A DNA stretch of 64,000 nt, taken from assembly GCA_951406725.2 (NCBI GenBank), contig OX597823.1, positions 37,572,001 through 37,636,000 of the forward strand. Direction: 5' to 3'. This DNA comes from Octopus vulgaris (taxonomy: Eukaryota). Made by a program: the position numbers and the translations under genes. This document shows positions 39,951 through 53,934 of the stretch, piece by piece. The notes below the pieces were generated by a model. The model worked only from the letters and a program-made list of their open reading frames with translations. It was not told the origin of the DNA and made no database searches. The first letter of the stretch is position 1. Each line of letters opens with the position of its first letter.

Positions 39951-41152
39951 ACTTTGGAAGGAAAAAATGATGGGACAATATCACACAAATCTTATAATTA
40001 ACAGGATATAGAAAAATGATTTCAAATTTTGGCACAAGGCCAGTAATTTTGGGGGGAGTGGCTAAGTAGATTACATTGATCCCAGTGTTTGACTGGTACT
40101 TACTTTATTGACCCTGAAGGATGAAAAGCTAAGTTGACCTCAGTGGCATTTGAATTCAGAATGTAAAGTCGGAAGAAATGCCACAGTAACAATACTGCCA
40201 GCTTGCTGTCTTTAGGATATAGAATAATATTACACATCGTATAGAATAACATCACACAGGGTATAGAATAATATCACATACATTAATAGGATATAGAATG
40301 ATATCACACACTCTCAGAGTGGTTGGTGTTAGGGAGGGTATCCAACCATAGAAACCATGCCAAATGAGACTGGAGTCTGGTGCTGTTCCTCAGCTTACCA
40401 GCTTATGTCAAACCATCCAACCCATGCCAGCATGGACAACAGATGTTAAATGATGATGATGACGATGACATTAATAGGATATAGAATGATATCATGCACA
40501 TGAACAGGATATAAAATAATATCACACATGTTAACAGGATGAGACAAAACATCACATACAATGCAGAACATAGAATGACATCACACACAGGATGTATGAC
40601 ACATCAGTCATTGAGTCCACTACAAGTTGTAATTGTTGGAAGAGGCCATATTATGTAGATTTATAATCAAATGCATGGTGGTACACTTGTCCACAGCCAG
40701 TGTGACCTACATATTTTTTTTTGGGGGGGGGTATAATTTAAAGGAGACTTAATTACAATTTCTAGCAGATTGACTGACCACTTAGAAGCTCTTTCATGGT
40801 TTGATAACTGGACTTATAAAATTTTAGTTATTAATTTAGTATTCCAACAGATAATGTTCAGTTCAATAATAGCATTTACCTTTTATTCCTTGGGTAAGAA
40901 TTCCATATCCTCACCATTCTTACAGAAGACACAAAATCAAGTCACTTTTGACGTATGTTCTGATCATGCAAGTAACTACCATACAACTACACAAATGGTA
41001 AATTTCCTTTATAATTATTCCCTTCTTGCAGCCCCTTCATATAATATAGTTGTTACATATTTTCAAGTCTAATAACAGCACATTCAGAAGTAAAATTGAA
41101 AGCAGGTTAAAGTTGTATTTTATATTGAGATCATTTCAGCTTTCTTGTTTAA

Positions 41153-41915
41153 AATAATAATAATGAAATTATTGTATACAGTGCTCAGGTGCGCCACAAC
41201 TTGTCAGAAAGTGCGTATAAAGTATATGCAGTAATGTACAAATGTCTGGAAAGCGAACAATGTATGAGTCAGATACATGCTTGTGTGTGTATGGAGGGGA
41301 GAAAATCAGGTGTAGTGTTGGCGAATCTCAAAAAGCATGGAAGTTTTGAAGGATGCAGTGCTCCGACAACTAACAACTGATGCCGGCAGTTTGTTCCATG
41401 CTTCAGCAACTCTCAGCGTGAAAAAATGTTTCCGAAAGTCATGGGAGCTGTGCTGTTTTCTGACTTTGTAAGTATGTCCACGGGTGTTAGATGGGTGGAG
41501 TTTGAAAAGGTGCTCAGAATTATTGTTTGTAAAATGGTTAATAATTTTATGGGTGTCTGCCAAGTCAGCTGCCAGATGTCGGAGTTTCAATGTGTCCATG
41601 CCCAGAGAAGTAAGGCGTTCAGAATATGGCAAATGCCTGATGGGGGGTATTCTTTTGGTTGCACGTCACTGAACAGCTTCCAGACAATTAATATCCTGGG
41701 CAAGATAGGGGTTCCAGACCGGTGATGCAAATTCCAGGTGAGGTCTTACATAGCTATATAAAGCCACAGATAGATAGCTGGAGAGCGGCTCACAAAGGAC
41801 TTGGTGAGTGATGCCAAGACACCCTCAGCCTTTTTGGCAATTTTAGCGATGTGTTTTGTCCAACACAAATCGCTGTCAACAATAACACCCAGGTCACATT
41901 CACACGAAGACTTTT
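41153..41915 (-). mobile_element. CR1/L2-group LINE 3' fragment (RT C-terminus)
   Basis: ECDLGVIVDSDL.W.KHI, PYSERL..LG..TL..R, NTRGH..K, FFTLRVAEAWNKLP; (TTA)n tail. Confidence 0.9.
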
Positions 41916-44900
41916 TGATTAATATTAATACCACAGTAGTAGGATTCAAATGATAGCACACTTGGTCACAGAAACTAATACCAATGGAATTTACTGAAAT
42001 GAAACTGCAGAGTCATTTTAACCACTTGGTCCTAATCTTCTTTAGGAAGTTCTGATACTTTAGAATAAAAAACACATGTTTTAAGTCCTAAATTTTTGGA
42101 CAATTATTCCCAACCAGCGGGAGACCTAAGGGTGGACAAAGAATGAGATGTTTAGATAATATCCATATTCTCAGTTGGCCATACTTGGGAATCCCATCAG
42201 AAAGTCTAATCACCGTTGCTTCTGTTGGGTTGTTGGGACTCTATCCCTACAACTCATCCAGGAATAGTAAGTAGAGAAAATGAATGATTGAATGAAGTCC
42301 TAACAATAAAATAGAATGGTCTTCTTTGTTTTTAATAGAGGTGAGATTGATGTACTTGATACTCAGTTTAAACATCTGTAAATTAATGCATGTAGGGAAA
42401 ATATCAAAACATTGACCAAATGGTTCTTTGATCAGCTACCTCTGTGCCATTAGATGAAACATAAGATATAGGTGTACAATATGAAACATCAATGTTCCAT
42501 ATTGTGTAAAATAGCATTGTATTGTATTCCAGGAAGAAGTATTTAACTCATGTTTACTTAGAGCCCTTAACTGTGCAATGTTAAGGTACAATCTTGTCCT
42601 TAGTTGTATTAAACTGATAAAGAACTGATGAGAAATTACTAGAACGGAGCTAAAGGTTTACTAAAACTGTCTGGAATTCTCAACAACAATCACTCAAATA
42701 GGTTTTGAAGAAATGAAAATGTCCATTAACCTTTAAGGGAGATTTTTGTCTACTTTAGCATATTAGAATGCTCTTCCAATTAATTTTATCCATACAACAT
42801 CTAATGTCCAAGTGGCTAAAAAGTGTCAGTAAAAGGGCACCCAGGAGTCATGACCTGGATGCGGCCCAGTCTAGCCCCCTTAAAGTGTAAGAAACTATGC
42901 ATAAAACACTTGTCTGAGTGGGGTTTTTTCTCTGAAGATCTTCTACTGTTCAGCTCTTCTGAAACAAATATTACTTAGAAGTAAACCTTGACATAATTTC
43001 TTCATCCTGTTATGTGGTGTAAACATGACTATTTCTTCAGTGCTACAAACTCATCAATTTGTTATTAAGCAGATATAACAGTGCTCAACAATTTACTAAC
43101 TATTTTATTACTATTCCACAGTTGAGAAACACTGCTTTTATTTTGATTAATTAAAACAAAAATTAGTAAAGTATCTGTCATTATTAAACTAGTACTTAGG
43201 ACATAACATGAAATTTTAATGGAAGGTTTTAATTTAGATCAGTTTAGAAAGGAAGTCTGTATCATAGGTCCAGGGGCAGTCTAAGATAGGTTGGCATCAA
43301 AAGGGTTATTTTTTTCATCTCAGCAAAAAGCACAAGTCCTTGTGGTTAGACAACTGGACTCTTGATCATAAGACTGTGGGTTCAATTCTCAGTTTGGGAG
43401 GTTTGTAATATTTTTGAGCAAGAAAACTTTACATCATGTTGTTCCTGTTCACTCAGCATGTAAAAGAATGATAGAGCACCCAGTCAATGCCAGTTATTTG
43501 GTACAGCATCATTAACAAGTTAGTGATATGACCAAACACCTTCAAGTACGAGAAAGGGGACGCTTAGCAGTGGACTTCTACTTCTTGTCATTATCATTTT
43601 CCCCTTTCTCTTAGACAATAATGGATGATACAAATGCTGCAAAACCTACCTCATACTTCTATGAATTCAAATTGAATTTTTATCAATTTGGGCATTTCAA
43701 AAAAATAATATCAGCAACAGTAATATAAAGCATTTAATATAATTAATGATAGATTCCTCAATCAATCACATAAAATCTCTTGTAATTAATCAAAAGAAAT
43801 AATTTATTGTCCTTTATTTGACTGGGAAATATACTTTGCACTTATCTAGTGTTTGGTACCACAAAAATTATTCAATCAATTATCTTTATTGGATGGTTGT
43901 TGATGTTGTTATTCTGGCAGTAAAGTAGGAATGATCTGTTTTTGACAGCGGCAAGTTATTCTCAATTCCATCCAGTGATGCACACTTGGATGTATGGCTA
44001 AGAAGTTAACTTTGCAGCCGTGTGGTTCCAGGTCTGATTCCACTGTTGAATGCAGGAGCACCTTGAACAAAGGTCTTCTGCTCTAACTTTAGAATTTGGT
44101 AGATAGTAGCTGCATGCATGTGTTTGTGTACATGCATGTATATATGTATATGTATTCAATAATCTAAGCCTTAAAGAGACAAGCTTCTTTCTGTTAGATG
44201 CCTGCAAAACTTTAAGTTTATTTCACGTTACTCCAGTTCGCTTGGCTGCAGAAATGAGTTGCAACATCACTGGTGAAATAAAGTGTCTTGCTCAAGAAGA
44301 CAACATGCATTTCGGTCCGGGAATCGAACTCACAACCTCACGATTGTAAGCTTGACACTCTAACCACTGAGCCATGTGCCTTCACAAAATATAAATGCGC
44401 CCTTTTAAAGCCTAGCCAAGCTTATGGGCCCAGTTTCCCGGTTTCAATGGCATATGTGTTCCCCAGCTGGACGGTGCCAACCTGTATCAGTCTTTGCCTT
44501 TCCTTTGGATAACATTGGTAGCACGGAGAGGGAAGGCTGGTATGCATGGGCAACTGCTGGTCTTCCATAAACAACCTTGCCTGGACTTGTGCCTCAGAGG
44601 ATAACTTTCTAAGTTGCAATCCCATGGTCATTCATGACAGGAGATCCTCTCTCTTTCTCTCTCTCTATATATATGTTCTTTTGGTCCTGAGGCTGTATTC
44701 TGCTCATTAATTATTTCATCTTTGTCATTCGTCCATCATCTTAAAATACATTTATCCACTTTCTTAAGTCCACTTCTGTATCACTTGTCATCCATGTATT
44801 GCTTGCTCTTGGCTCTATATTCCCGCAACTTTCACAGGCATTACCAACATGGGAAACATCTGTCTTATCATTAATGGTGTGTAACTGAGTAATACCATCT

Positions 44901-45776
44901 GGTTGATAACTGATGAAGAGTTGGGGACTTTTTGTGTCTGTCATCCATCCGTTTGTGCACTCAGTGTACGTTGTTTTTTGCTTTTTGTTTGTGTATTTGC
45001 TATACACTTTTTCATTTGTTATATATGTGTATGTATATAAATGTGTATATATATCAACATCATCATCATCATCGTTTAACGCCCGCTTTCCATGCTAGCA
45101 TGGGCTGGACGATTTTGACTGAGGGCTGGCGAGCCAGATGGCTGCACCAGACTCCAATCTTGATCTGGCAGTTTCTACAGCTGGATGTCCTTCCTAACAC
45201 CAACCACTCCGAGAGTGTAGTGGGTGCTATTTACGTGCCAGTCAGGCAGCACTAGCAACGACCTCGCTCGAATCTTTTTACACGTGCCAGTGAAGCGATG
45301 TTGGTAACGATCACACTCGAATGGTGCCCTTTTACGTGCCACGGGTACGGGGTGCCCTTTTATGTGCCACGGGTATATATATATATTTATATTTATATAT
45401 GTGTGTGTGTGTATGTATATATATGTGTGTGTCTTGTATGAATGGCTGTGGTTAAGAAGCTTGCTTCAGACCATGCAGTCTCAAGTTCAGTATCAAAATG
45501 CAGCACCTTGAGCATACTCTACTATTGCTCCAGGCGAATCATAGCCTTTTAAATAGATTTAACAGGTGTGTGTGTGTACCCTTGTCTTGATTGTAAATGA
45601 GCATCATAGTCATACAAATGATATGGCTCACTTCCTGTCTTCCAAGGTGAAATATTACTTTGCTAGGAAATAGGTGATGGTTGGCAACAAGGACATCTGA
45701 ATGTAGAAAATATGTCTCAAGAAATTGTTTGACACATGGATAAGTGGATATTAAATGATGATGATAATGATATATA

Positions 45777-45982
45777 TGAGGGAGTGCTGAAAAGTTCCTG
45801 GCTTTGGTTAAAAAGAAATACGGGAGGATCAGTTAATGCAACATATTCCCCTCTTGGATTCACACACTTATTGTAGCAGTCCTTCAGTTTTTCTAAGCCC
45901 TGTAAAAGAAGTCAGAAGGTTGGGCTTCCAACCAGGCCTTTCATGATGCCCTCAAAACCCAGAAACTTTTCACAACCCCTCA
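45777..45982. mobile_element. ~206-bp mariner-derived MITE
   Basis: TIRs TGAGGGAGTGCTGAAAAGTTCCTGG / CCAGAAACTTTTCACAACCCCTCA, TA on both sides; interior is a transposase C-terminus on the minus strand (QGLEKLKDCYNKCVNPRGEYV). Confidence 0.85.
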
Positions 45983-47149
45983 TATATATACACACAAAGT
46001 TATGTTGAAAAGTTCCTGGCTTTAAGGGTATAGATTTCCTTGTCAGTATTGTTGCTGTCAGACATCCAGTGTACCACTGACTGGCTCTTAATGCTGACTC
46101 TAACCACATTGTTTTACAAATTTCAATATAAAATATAAACCCAACGTACTTTTCATATATGTTCACTGTCGGCTGTAATTTATGACAAAATGAAGATATC
46201 AACTTTTGAGCATGTTCTTGTTATAAATCTTACTTGTATGTCACATTTAAAATATTGAAGGACACTTTAGGATTTGTAAAGGTCAGTTTTAACCAAACTG
46301 GTGGAACCTATTTTCCTAGAAAGTTCTGCGAATAAGAAACAAATCTTTCTATCAAGACATAACACAATTACAATCCCTCTCGATTCTACATTGACCAATG
46401 GTATAGGTGGCTGCAATTGAAAGCTCTACCTTATAAATCATGTTTTTCAATGGCACAAGCAGGAGCAACAATGGAAGTCTCATGGATTTGAGCTTTCTCA
46501 AGTCTGTTAGTTTCAAAAAACTCAGGCAACACTCTGTATTTGAAAAGGTTAACCAAATAATAAATAAACAATATTTTCCAAGTGAAATGTTAAACAATGC
46601 AACTCTTTTGATCTTTTAATGTCATAAATTCAGTTTTAGTAGCAGAGTGGCTGAAAAGTTAAAGGTTTTGTACGACTGATGGCTCCATAATAATCTAGCA
46701 TTGAAGTCTCGCTTACATCTATTCTGCCACACCCAACCAATAATTTGATGTCTATTGGCAGACAATTGATACACCGCCATTAGATCACAAAATTACTTGC
46801 AACATTTAGCCATATTCTATTAAATTTATTATAATATTTAGCTTTGTCTCACTACAATCTGAGTTCTAATCCTGTTTGAGGTCAACTTAGCCTTTTATCC
46901 TTTTAGACATATAAAACAAATAACAATAATATACTTGGGTATAACTAAATCAACTGAATTTCAACCAATCTTTAGATGGTGGAAAAACAAATGTATGAAA
47001 ATATTTTGTCCCATAATGAATGAAATGGCTGTGGACAAATGGCCAATGTAGCTGATAGTTTATAAATTTACAGAGAATGCAGTTGAGATAAGAGACACAG
47101 CTCTAACAATAGGGGAACTATTGTATATTTAAAGGTTACTAAATCTTAA

Positions 47150-47660
47150 TGTTTTCTAACACAGAAGTGTTCATCTATGTATTAGGCACTTACACTCTAC
47201 TTAGGAGAGTGCAGGTCAGGTGGGCAGGCAACCTTGTTTGAAAGCCTGATACATGACTACCCAAAAGACTTTTTTACAGTGAACTGGCAGAAGGCAAGCG
47301 CACACAAGATAGGCAGAAAAAGCACTTCAAAGATACATTCAAAGCCTCACTGAAGTGTTTTCAGATCAACCCCAACACCTAATCAATGCAAGCACAGGAC
47401 TGCCCTGCCTGGCATAGCTGTACCAATAGAGGTGCCATCTCCTACAAACAGAATAGGATAGCAGGAGCACAAAGAAAACATGAACTGCACAAGCCCAGAG
47501 ACGACTCATTGCCTTCATTCCCAGCAGACCATCAGTGCCTGACTTGTGGCAGAACCTTCTGAGTACACATCAGTCTGATTGACTACAGCTAGACACAATG
47601 TGGACCCATCTTTTTCTCCCATGACATGTCCTGGTCATCAACAACAATGGTGGACGAACT
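47150..47660 (+). mobile_element. RTE/BovB-like LINE 3' end
   Basis: Manual translation LPKRLFYSELAEGKR...QKKHFKDTFKASLK...AQD..AW...HQCLTCGRTF (C-terminal Zn-finger remnant). Confidence 0.75.
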
Positions 47661-50600
47661 TATTAAGCATTGCTAAAGCCCATTCTTTCTAGATCTGCTA
47701 TATTTATTCAAATAACAGTAATATGAACCTCTTATTTAAGTCAGTAAATGCTAGCAACAGGAAAGGCATCTGATTGTAAAATAATACCTCAGTATATACA
47801 CATGTAACCCATGCCTGTATGGAAATATGGATGTAAAACAAATGAAAAATAGTACTATCTTTCTAAATAATGTGTTCTATTTATCTTAAAGCATTTTCTG
47901 GATGGTAGGCTAAGGGCATAGTGCTTTGCCTTGTTAAAACCCTAAGTGTTTACTGGTATTTTCTGCTGCTTTTACTGAGATTTCAGCTGATACTTTCATC
48001 CCAGTCTATTGGTTCTACAGATATTTCAAGTGTTTGAAAGTTGGCCCTAGCATCCTTTAAAAGATCATCATCTCTTCAAAAATAAAATGTCATCCAATTT
48101 GCAATGATCTAATTTAATAATCAGTCTAATCTCTAGTCCATTGTTGTATTGTGATAAAACTTGAGTACCAAACTGTACAAAGCCCAAGTTGCAGTCCTTC
48201 TCTTGGACAAAAATTAGTGGCACAGAAAGACTTTCATACAGAGGCAATGGCCAATCTTCCTCAAAAGTCTGCTCAACCTGCACATACATGTGTAGATGAA
48301 ATGGTTAACTTTGACAGATGAATGAATATTGATGAATGGTCCGATTTGATTAAGAGACCCTATAAAAAGGTTGAGATAGTTCTCATGTTTTCAAAAAAAA
48401 TGTCTTGTTCCTTTAATTTACAAAACCTTATAAGTATGTATACCATGTTTCAAACTAGTTTCTAATCTGTCTTAATCTGGTTGTGTAAATTATGTATTAC
48501 TCTACAAAACTAGTACCACTTTTAGAAATAGTTAAATCCTTAAAATTTCTATAGTTAAAACTTTCTCCCTTCTATTAAACACACACACAGAACATATCCC
48601 TTATCCCAAACCTTCACTACCTATAACCTGCCAACCCTCCTTTCTCCTCCCAAATCATGATGCTTGAGTGGTAGTGGCGGTGAGATTGTCCTCCGGTTAA
48701 CCTTTACCCACCTTCCCGGATTCTTCTGCCACTACACTCTCCTAGACATGTTTACTTGAACACACCCTAGCCCCTCATCATCATTTTATTTTTCCTTTAT
48801 GTACCACTCTAAACCCTCCATGTATAACATGGGGTAGCACTGCTTCTATTCAACCCTCCCCACTGGCTCTATCACTCACTCTCTCTCTAACTCCTGATAC
48901 TACTTTCCTTTCCCCCCACTTCCTTAACACTGTCTCTCTTTTCAGTCCTACTGTATGCTGCCTTGGGCAATTGTTTATTTCTTTAATTCTGAGCTGTCTA
49001 ATATCTTATGAGTGAATTTCATAAACTGGAACTGTACGAAGCCTGTCATGTGTGCACAAATGTTTACATTCTATGTTCTTAATACAAATAAAGCATTGAG
49101 TTACAACTGGTAAAGTTTGTTGACATTTCCCCTGTCAATAAATTGTCAGCTGATTTGCATTTACAAAGACATGAGGAATAAGAGGTCCTTTCCTTGAAAA
49201 ATAAAAAAAGTAAGGGTTAGTGACAGGAAGACCATCCAGCTGTAAAACAATGCCTCAATAATATGTCTTTTGTGGATTTGGTTAATAACCGTTTGTATCC
49301 TAGTGTATAAATTCACAACTCTGACTATCATAAGCGATGACTACATGGGTTGGCAACAGCAACAGTTTCCATCACTATCCAACAACATGTCAATATGGAA
49401 AAGCAGGTATAAAACAGAAATGGAACTCAGTATGTCTTCCTCCTCCTCATCATTGTTTTAACATCCACTTTTTCATGCTTGCATGGAGTTTACTGAAGTA
49501 GATTTTCTTTAACCAGATGATCGTATGTCATTCCAAGCAAGGTAATATTTCTCTATGGCCAGACGACACATTCACATATATACATGCATATATACACATA
49601 TGACAGGCGTCTTACAGTTTCTGTCTATTAAGTCTGCTCACAAGATTTTGGTTAACCTGGGGACATAGTAAGAAGACTCTTGTCCAAGGTGCCTCAAATA
49701 AGACTGAACCTGAAACCATGTGGTTGAGAAGCAAACATCTTACCACATAACCATGCCCGCACCTATATCTTAATGCTCTGATATTTTTGAAATACAACAA
49801 TATATCCCAGGTGTTTTCTTAAAGAACAGTTTAAAAACAAATAAGGCATATCAAACAGAAAAATCGAATTAAAGACAAAAGACAAATGGAAATTTCATTG
49901 TTATGTCAAAGTAACATGTTTTATTGTGTGGGCCAAGTATCATCTGTGGAGACAAAGAGGCTAAAGTTGAATTAACTCGAGCAAACAAGCTTGGTCATGC
50001 ACACAAATACTCACACATGCATACATACACACACACAACCACCCACACAAATAAATAAAACCAGACAAAACAAAATAAACATAGTCCAATATCTGAACAG
50101 CAACCATGATGAGGCTGTGAGACTTGTTGCAGAAATAGCCTGCTGGTTAGTTGAAACCACTGAAGAAGATTGTCACATCGGGACAGACCAAAGAGGAAAA
50201 AAAACCCAAGGTTGGAAATGTATAGAACATTTGTCCAAATTGTTTAAAATGTATTCTCATTACTATTACTGTAATAGGTTGACTAATTATATATAGTCAT
50301 ATTATTATTGTTCTATTTATCCAATTAGTAGTAACTAAAATTAGATAGGGCTTACTAGTCATACATAGTCTTATACAATCTATAATTAAAAGCCATAGCT
50401 CCTGCACAACTTTAGATTGGAAAAGGAGTCACAGTAAACCCAAATATTGGAGTCTGTCAGTGTTTATTACAGTAAGAAATATTGCCAATCTGGTGAATAA
50501 GAAAGCTAGAAAGTGGCCTGTGATTATGGTGTGGTGCTGGTGCCAAAACACAAACCAACAGACCACAAATGAAGCCAGTCCTTAGTTATCTTGGATATAA

Positions 50601-50682
50601 GAACAGTAATTTCAAAGAATCGTAGCATGTTAGAGCTAGCTCTGACATATCAAGCATGTTGTATGTGGTGTGTGTGTGTGTG

Positions 50683-51014
50683 TGGAATAAAAGTAGAAAA
50701 GCATAAATTTCACAGTTTATAATTTAATTACTTTCAATAGCTGTTTAATTAATTCCACACTTACATAATTAAGATGCAGAATCGATTAGTATATATTAAA
50801 TCATTAATCTGAAGCTATGTTTATCCCAGCATCAGCCTATCATTAGCATAGACCATATCTCTGATGATTTTGGATAAGCATTGCTTTAAATTAATTATGT
50901 ATCTAAATTTCATAATTATGGAGTTAATGATGTTCATTCCTAATGAAACAGCTGTTGAAAGTAATTAAATCCCAAACTATCTGTTAAATTTATGCTTTCC
51001 TGCTTTTTATTCTA
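50683..51014. mobile_element. MITE / fold-back element with long TIRs
   Basis: GAATAAAAGTAGAAAAGCATAAATTTCACAG...ATTTAATTACTTTCAATAGCTGTTT is mirrored by AAACAGCTGTTGAAAGTAATTAAAT...CTGTTAAATTTATGCTTTCCTGCTTTTTATTC. Confidence 0.75.
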
Positions 51015-51183
51015 AATATATATAGCTCTTAATGATCATTTTAGCCATTTATAATATAAGCTTCTTCCACTGGATTTACTGCAATGTTATGTGTCGGAAC
51101 TTAACAATCTAATTATTGAGTTTGATATAGTCTTTCATGTTTTATACATAATTTCTTTTTATATCAATAGTTATGTATGTGTG

Positions 51184-51224
<41 letters not shown>

Positions 51225-52720
51225 ATGTAATCATAAGAGGTTACAAAGCTGTTGGGCATTTGAAGATGGCCTAACTGATCCACTCTGCTCCTTCCCTCAC
51301 CATATGCTGCTAAACTCTCACTCATTGTCCCCAACTATTTGTTGCTAGCATATGACAATGTCCACACACACTGGGCAAGGACCAATATAAGTGAGAGCAG
51401 CATACTAGTGCTTGGAGCAGCCTGTTGATCAGGAATCTGTAAGAAGATCCCCTCTATATTCTAATATTGCTGCCATGGCTGAAAGAACAGGAGATCTTAC
51501 TGTTTTACTATTAAAATATAAATCAGAAAGTACCCAAAGAATTCTACATTAATGTAGGAAATGATTTCCTAAATTGATGATGATAATGTTGATGATGATG
51601 ATGATGTAGGGATTCACTTTAATGAGGATGAAGATGATACTAGTTGTTTGATAAATCATGAAAGATGTATTTCAATAACGAAAGGTTTGGGAGAAAAGTA
51701 GGGCCTTTCTAATTTATGGAGTAACCCTTTATTTTTAAATGGGAGGAGTAGATTTACGAAAGTAAAGGGCATTTTGGAATTTTATTTGGATATTTAAAAC
51801 AACAATAAAAAAGGTAAATGAAAATAAATACAAATGATAATTTGAAAAATTATATTGTGTATTTGAAGATTTGATGGCGGACGGCTAACAAATTCTCAAT
51901 ATTTTATAAGAATAGTAAAGAAAATTTGAAAACAGTTTAGTCCAAAGTAAAAATTGGATTGGGGGAATATGCCTGGAAAGGCAGAAATTTTCGAGCGAGC
52001 AGGGAGAGAGATTAGTCATAGCGAGACAACTCATCAGACCACAGCTAAAAGAATCTGGGAGAAGTGTCTGTGCTAGTTGAAAGAAGACACAGACCTTGCA
52101 TACGTACATGCGCAGATATGCATAGACACACACACACACAACTCTGACAGAGAGAAGAAACAGAGGTGGAAGTCATTTAGTTCTCAGAATTATGTTGTCG
52201 TAAGACATTAATTTGCTAATAAATAATTTGGACAATGCAAAACTGGAAACAAATTTGTGCAGAGACAGAAAGAATTTATGGGAGGGGAGCAGAGAAAGAG
52301 GATAGAGGAGAGGGAGAAAAAATGCACCAATGAGGGGAAGTGCACTTTGGTGTTGACAACTGACACAGTCCCCCTTTATTTTAAGCCCAACTATGTCACA
52401 CACTGACCTTTTAAATAAAGTACCAATAACCATTTCACTTGAAGAAAAAGCAGAGATACAATTTGGCTTCAGGTTCAGAAAGAAACAATCTAAAATGTAA
52501 TATTCTTCCAATATGAAAAAACATCATCTTTTGACTAAAGTTCCTTTATACACAGATATTTTGTTCCATTTGTGTATTTAATTTGCAGAAAAAATTAAAT
52601 ACTATTCTTAACTCAGTTTTGAAGCTAAAAATAGCAACATGTGATGAAACATAGTAGTGGGGGTGGGGGTGGGGTGTTTGGGGAGAGTTTATCATTCTAT
52701 TGACTAGATAGAAAGAACAC

Positions 52721-53638
52721 TCAGTCAGTTTTCACATTCTGATTTCTGAAATCGTTTTCATACTCGACAAAGTCATCAAAGAGACTTGGCCAAGCTTCTG
52801 TGTCGTCATATGCAGATAGGTCATCCCCAACTTGTTCAGTGAAATTTAAAAACATGTCCCAGGTGTCTTTTGGAATGCCTCTGATGTCAGGATGCTTGGC
52901 AAGGAAATCTAGCCAATGTTTAAGGATTGGAGGTTCTGTCCGAGTGAATATAAGTTTCCAAAGAATTATAGCCATATCTATTGGCAAAGTCCTTTGCCCA
53001 GATTCTAGCCCAAATTTGTACGTCCATCGATAGAAATCTCGAAAATTCTGCTTGTTTTGAACTTCTAAGAGAAGGTCATTAAATTTAGAGCGAATCCCTT
53101 TGACAGAATCAACTTTGAGACATTTACAACCTTGAACAAACTCCTCTCTTGTAAAGCAGCACATTGTTGCAGCCTGGAATTTCCAGGCTAAAATCAATAC
53201 AATAAATTCTTCAGGTTTTACATCCAGGTCCTTACAAAATGTTTCAATTCCTTCGGCAAGAATCATATCATGGCTAATATCACGGTAAGCTTCAAACAAG
53301 TTATGAATATCCTGCTCAGAGTAATCTCGGCAGAGCAACGACAAACGTTTGCTGTCTCCATTGGCTTGTTTTTTAATGGGTGGGATTTTGGAGTAGGTGG
53401 GAAACATTTTCTTGCCCGACGCTTCAGCTGAAGAAGGATTTGATGCTTTGCTCGAGCTGCTAAGCTGAGATTTGTAGTTAGCGCTTGAGGTTTGTGAACG
53501 TTTAGCTTCCTTCGCTTGACTGATTTCTTGGCTTTTAGTGTTGTCACCCCCACCAACAGCAAGTCCACTAAGGTTGTCATCACAGGAAGAATTAGAACTG
53601 GAGTTAACTGGCTCACAACAAGACAAGCACTTCCCCAT
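52721..53638 (-). CDS. DCUN1D3: DCN1-like protein 3 (cullin neddylation co-E3, PONY/cullin-binding domain), 305 aa, single coding exon
   Basis: Intact ORF; N-terminal MGKCLSCC myristoylation/palmitoylation signal typical of DCNL3; ILAEGIETFCKDLDVKPEEFIVLILAWKFQAATMCCFTREEF, FYRWTYKFGLESGQRTL, RGIPKDTWDMFLNF, YDDTEAWPSLFDDFVE; acceptor TTTTATAG|G puts the exon start at 53682. Confidence 0.95.
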   Translation of the reverse strand: MGKCLSCCEPVNSSSNSSCDDNLSGLAVGGGDNTKSQEISQAKEAKRSQTSSANYKSQLSSSSKASNPSSAEASGKKMFPTYSKIPPIKKQANGDSKRLSLLCRDYSEQDIHNLFEAYRDISHDMILAEGIETFCKDLDVKPEEFIVLILAWKFQAATMCCFTREEFVQGCKCLKVDSVKGIRSKFNDLLLEVQNKQNFRDFYRWTYKFGLESGQRTLPIDMAIILWKLIFTRTEPPILKHWLDFLAKHPDIRGIPKDTWDMFLNFTEQVGDDLSAYDDTEAWPSLFDDFVEYENDFRNQNVKTD

Positions 53639-53836
53639 TAGAATAGGCTCAAACTAAACAGTTCTTAGTAGGGGTTTCAAACCTATAAAATAAAAATAAA
53701 ATGAAAATAATTAGAACAAAGATATTAAAGTTTCATTAACATTTTTATACATGTACATTATCAGGAAATAAAATAGGTTTTAAAAATATTTAGATTAAAT
53801 AGTTTCTGTTCACAAGACATATCTTAGGCCTCTCTG

Positions 53837-53872
<36 letters not shown>

Positions 53873-53934
53873 CTTACATAAATTGGTTTATGTCCCAGGT
53901 ACTTCATGTTCCTAGCAACTGAAGTTCCTCTGAT

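Noticed and set aside
44905-44940. Hammerhead at CTGATGAAGAG
   Set aside because: No downstream GAAA or stem II
46050-48400. Additional host exons in unique-looking sequence (ORFs 46352-46597 and 48068-48289)
   Set aside because: No recognisable domain or consistent splice signals; more likely very old TE debris
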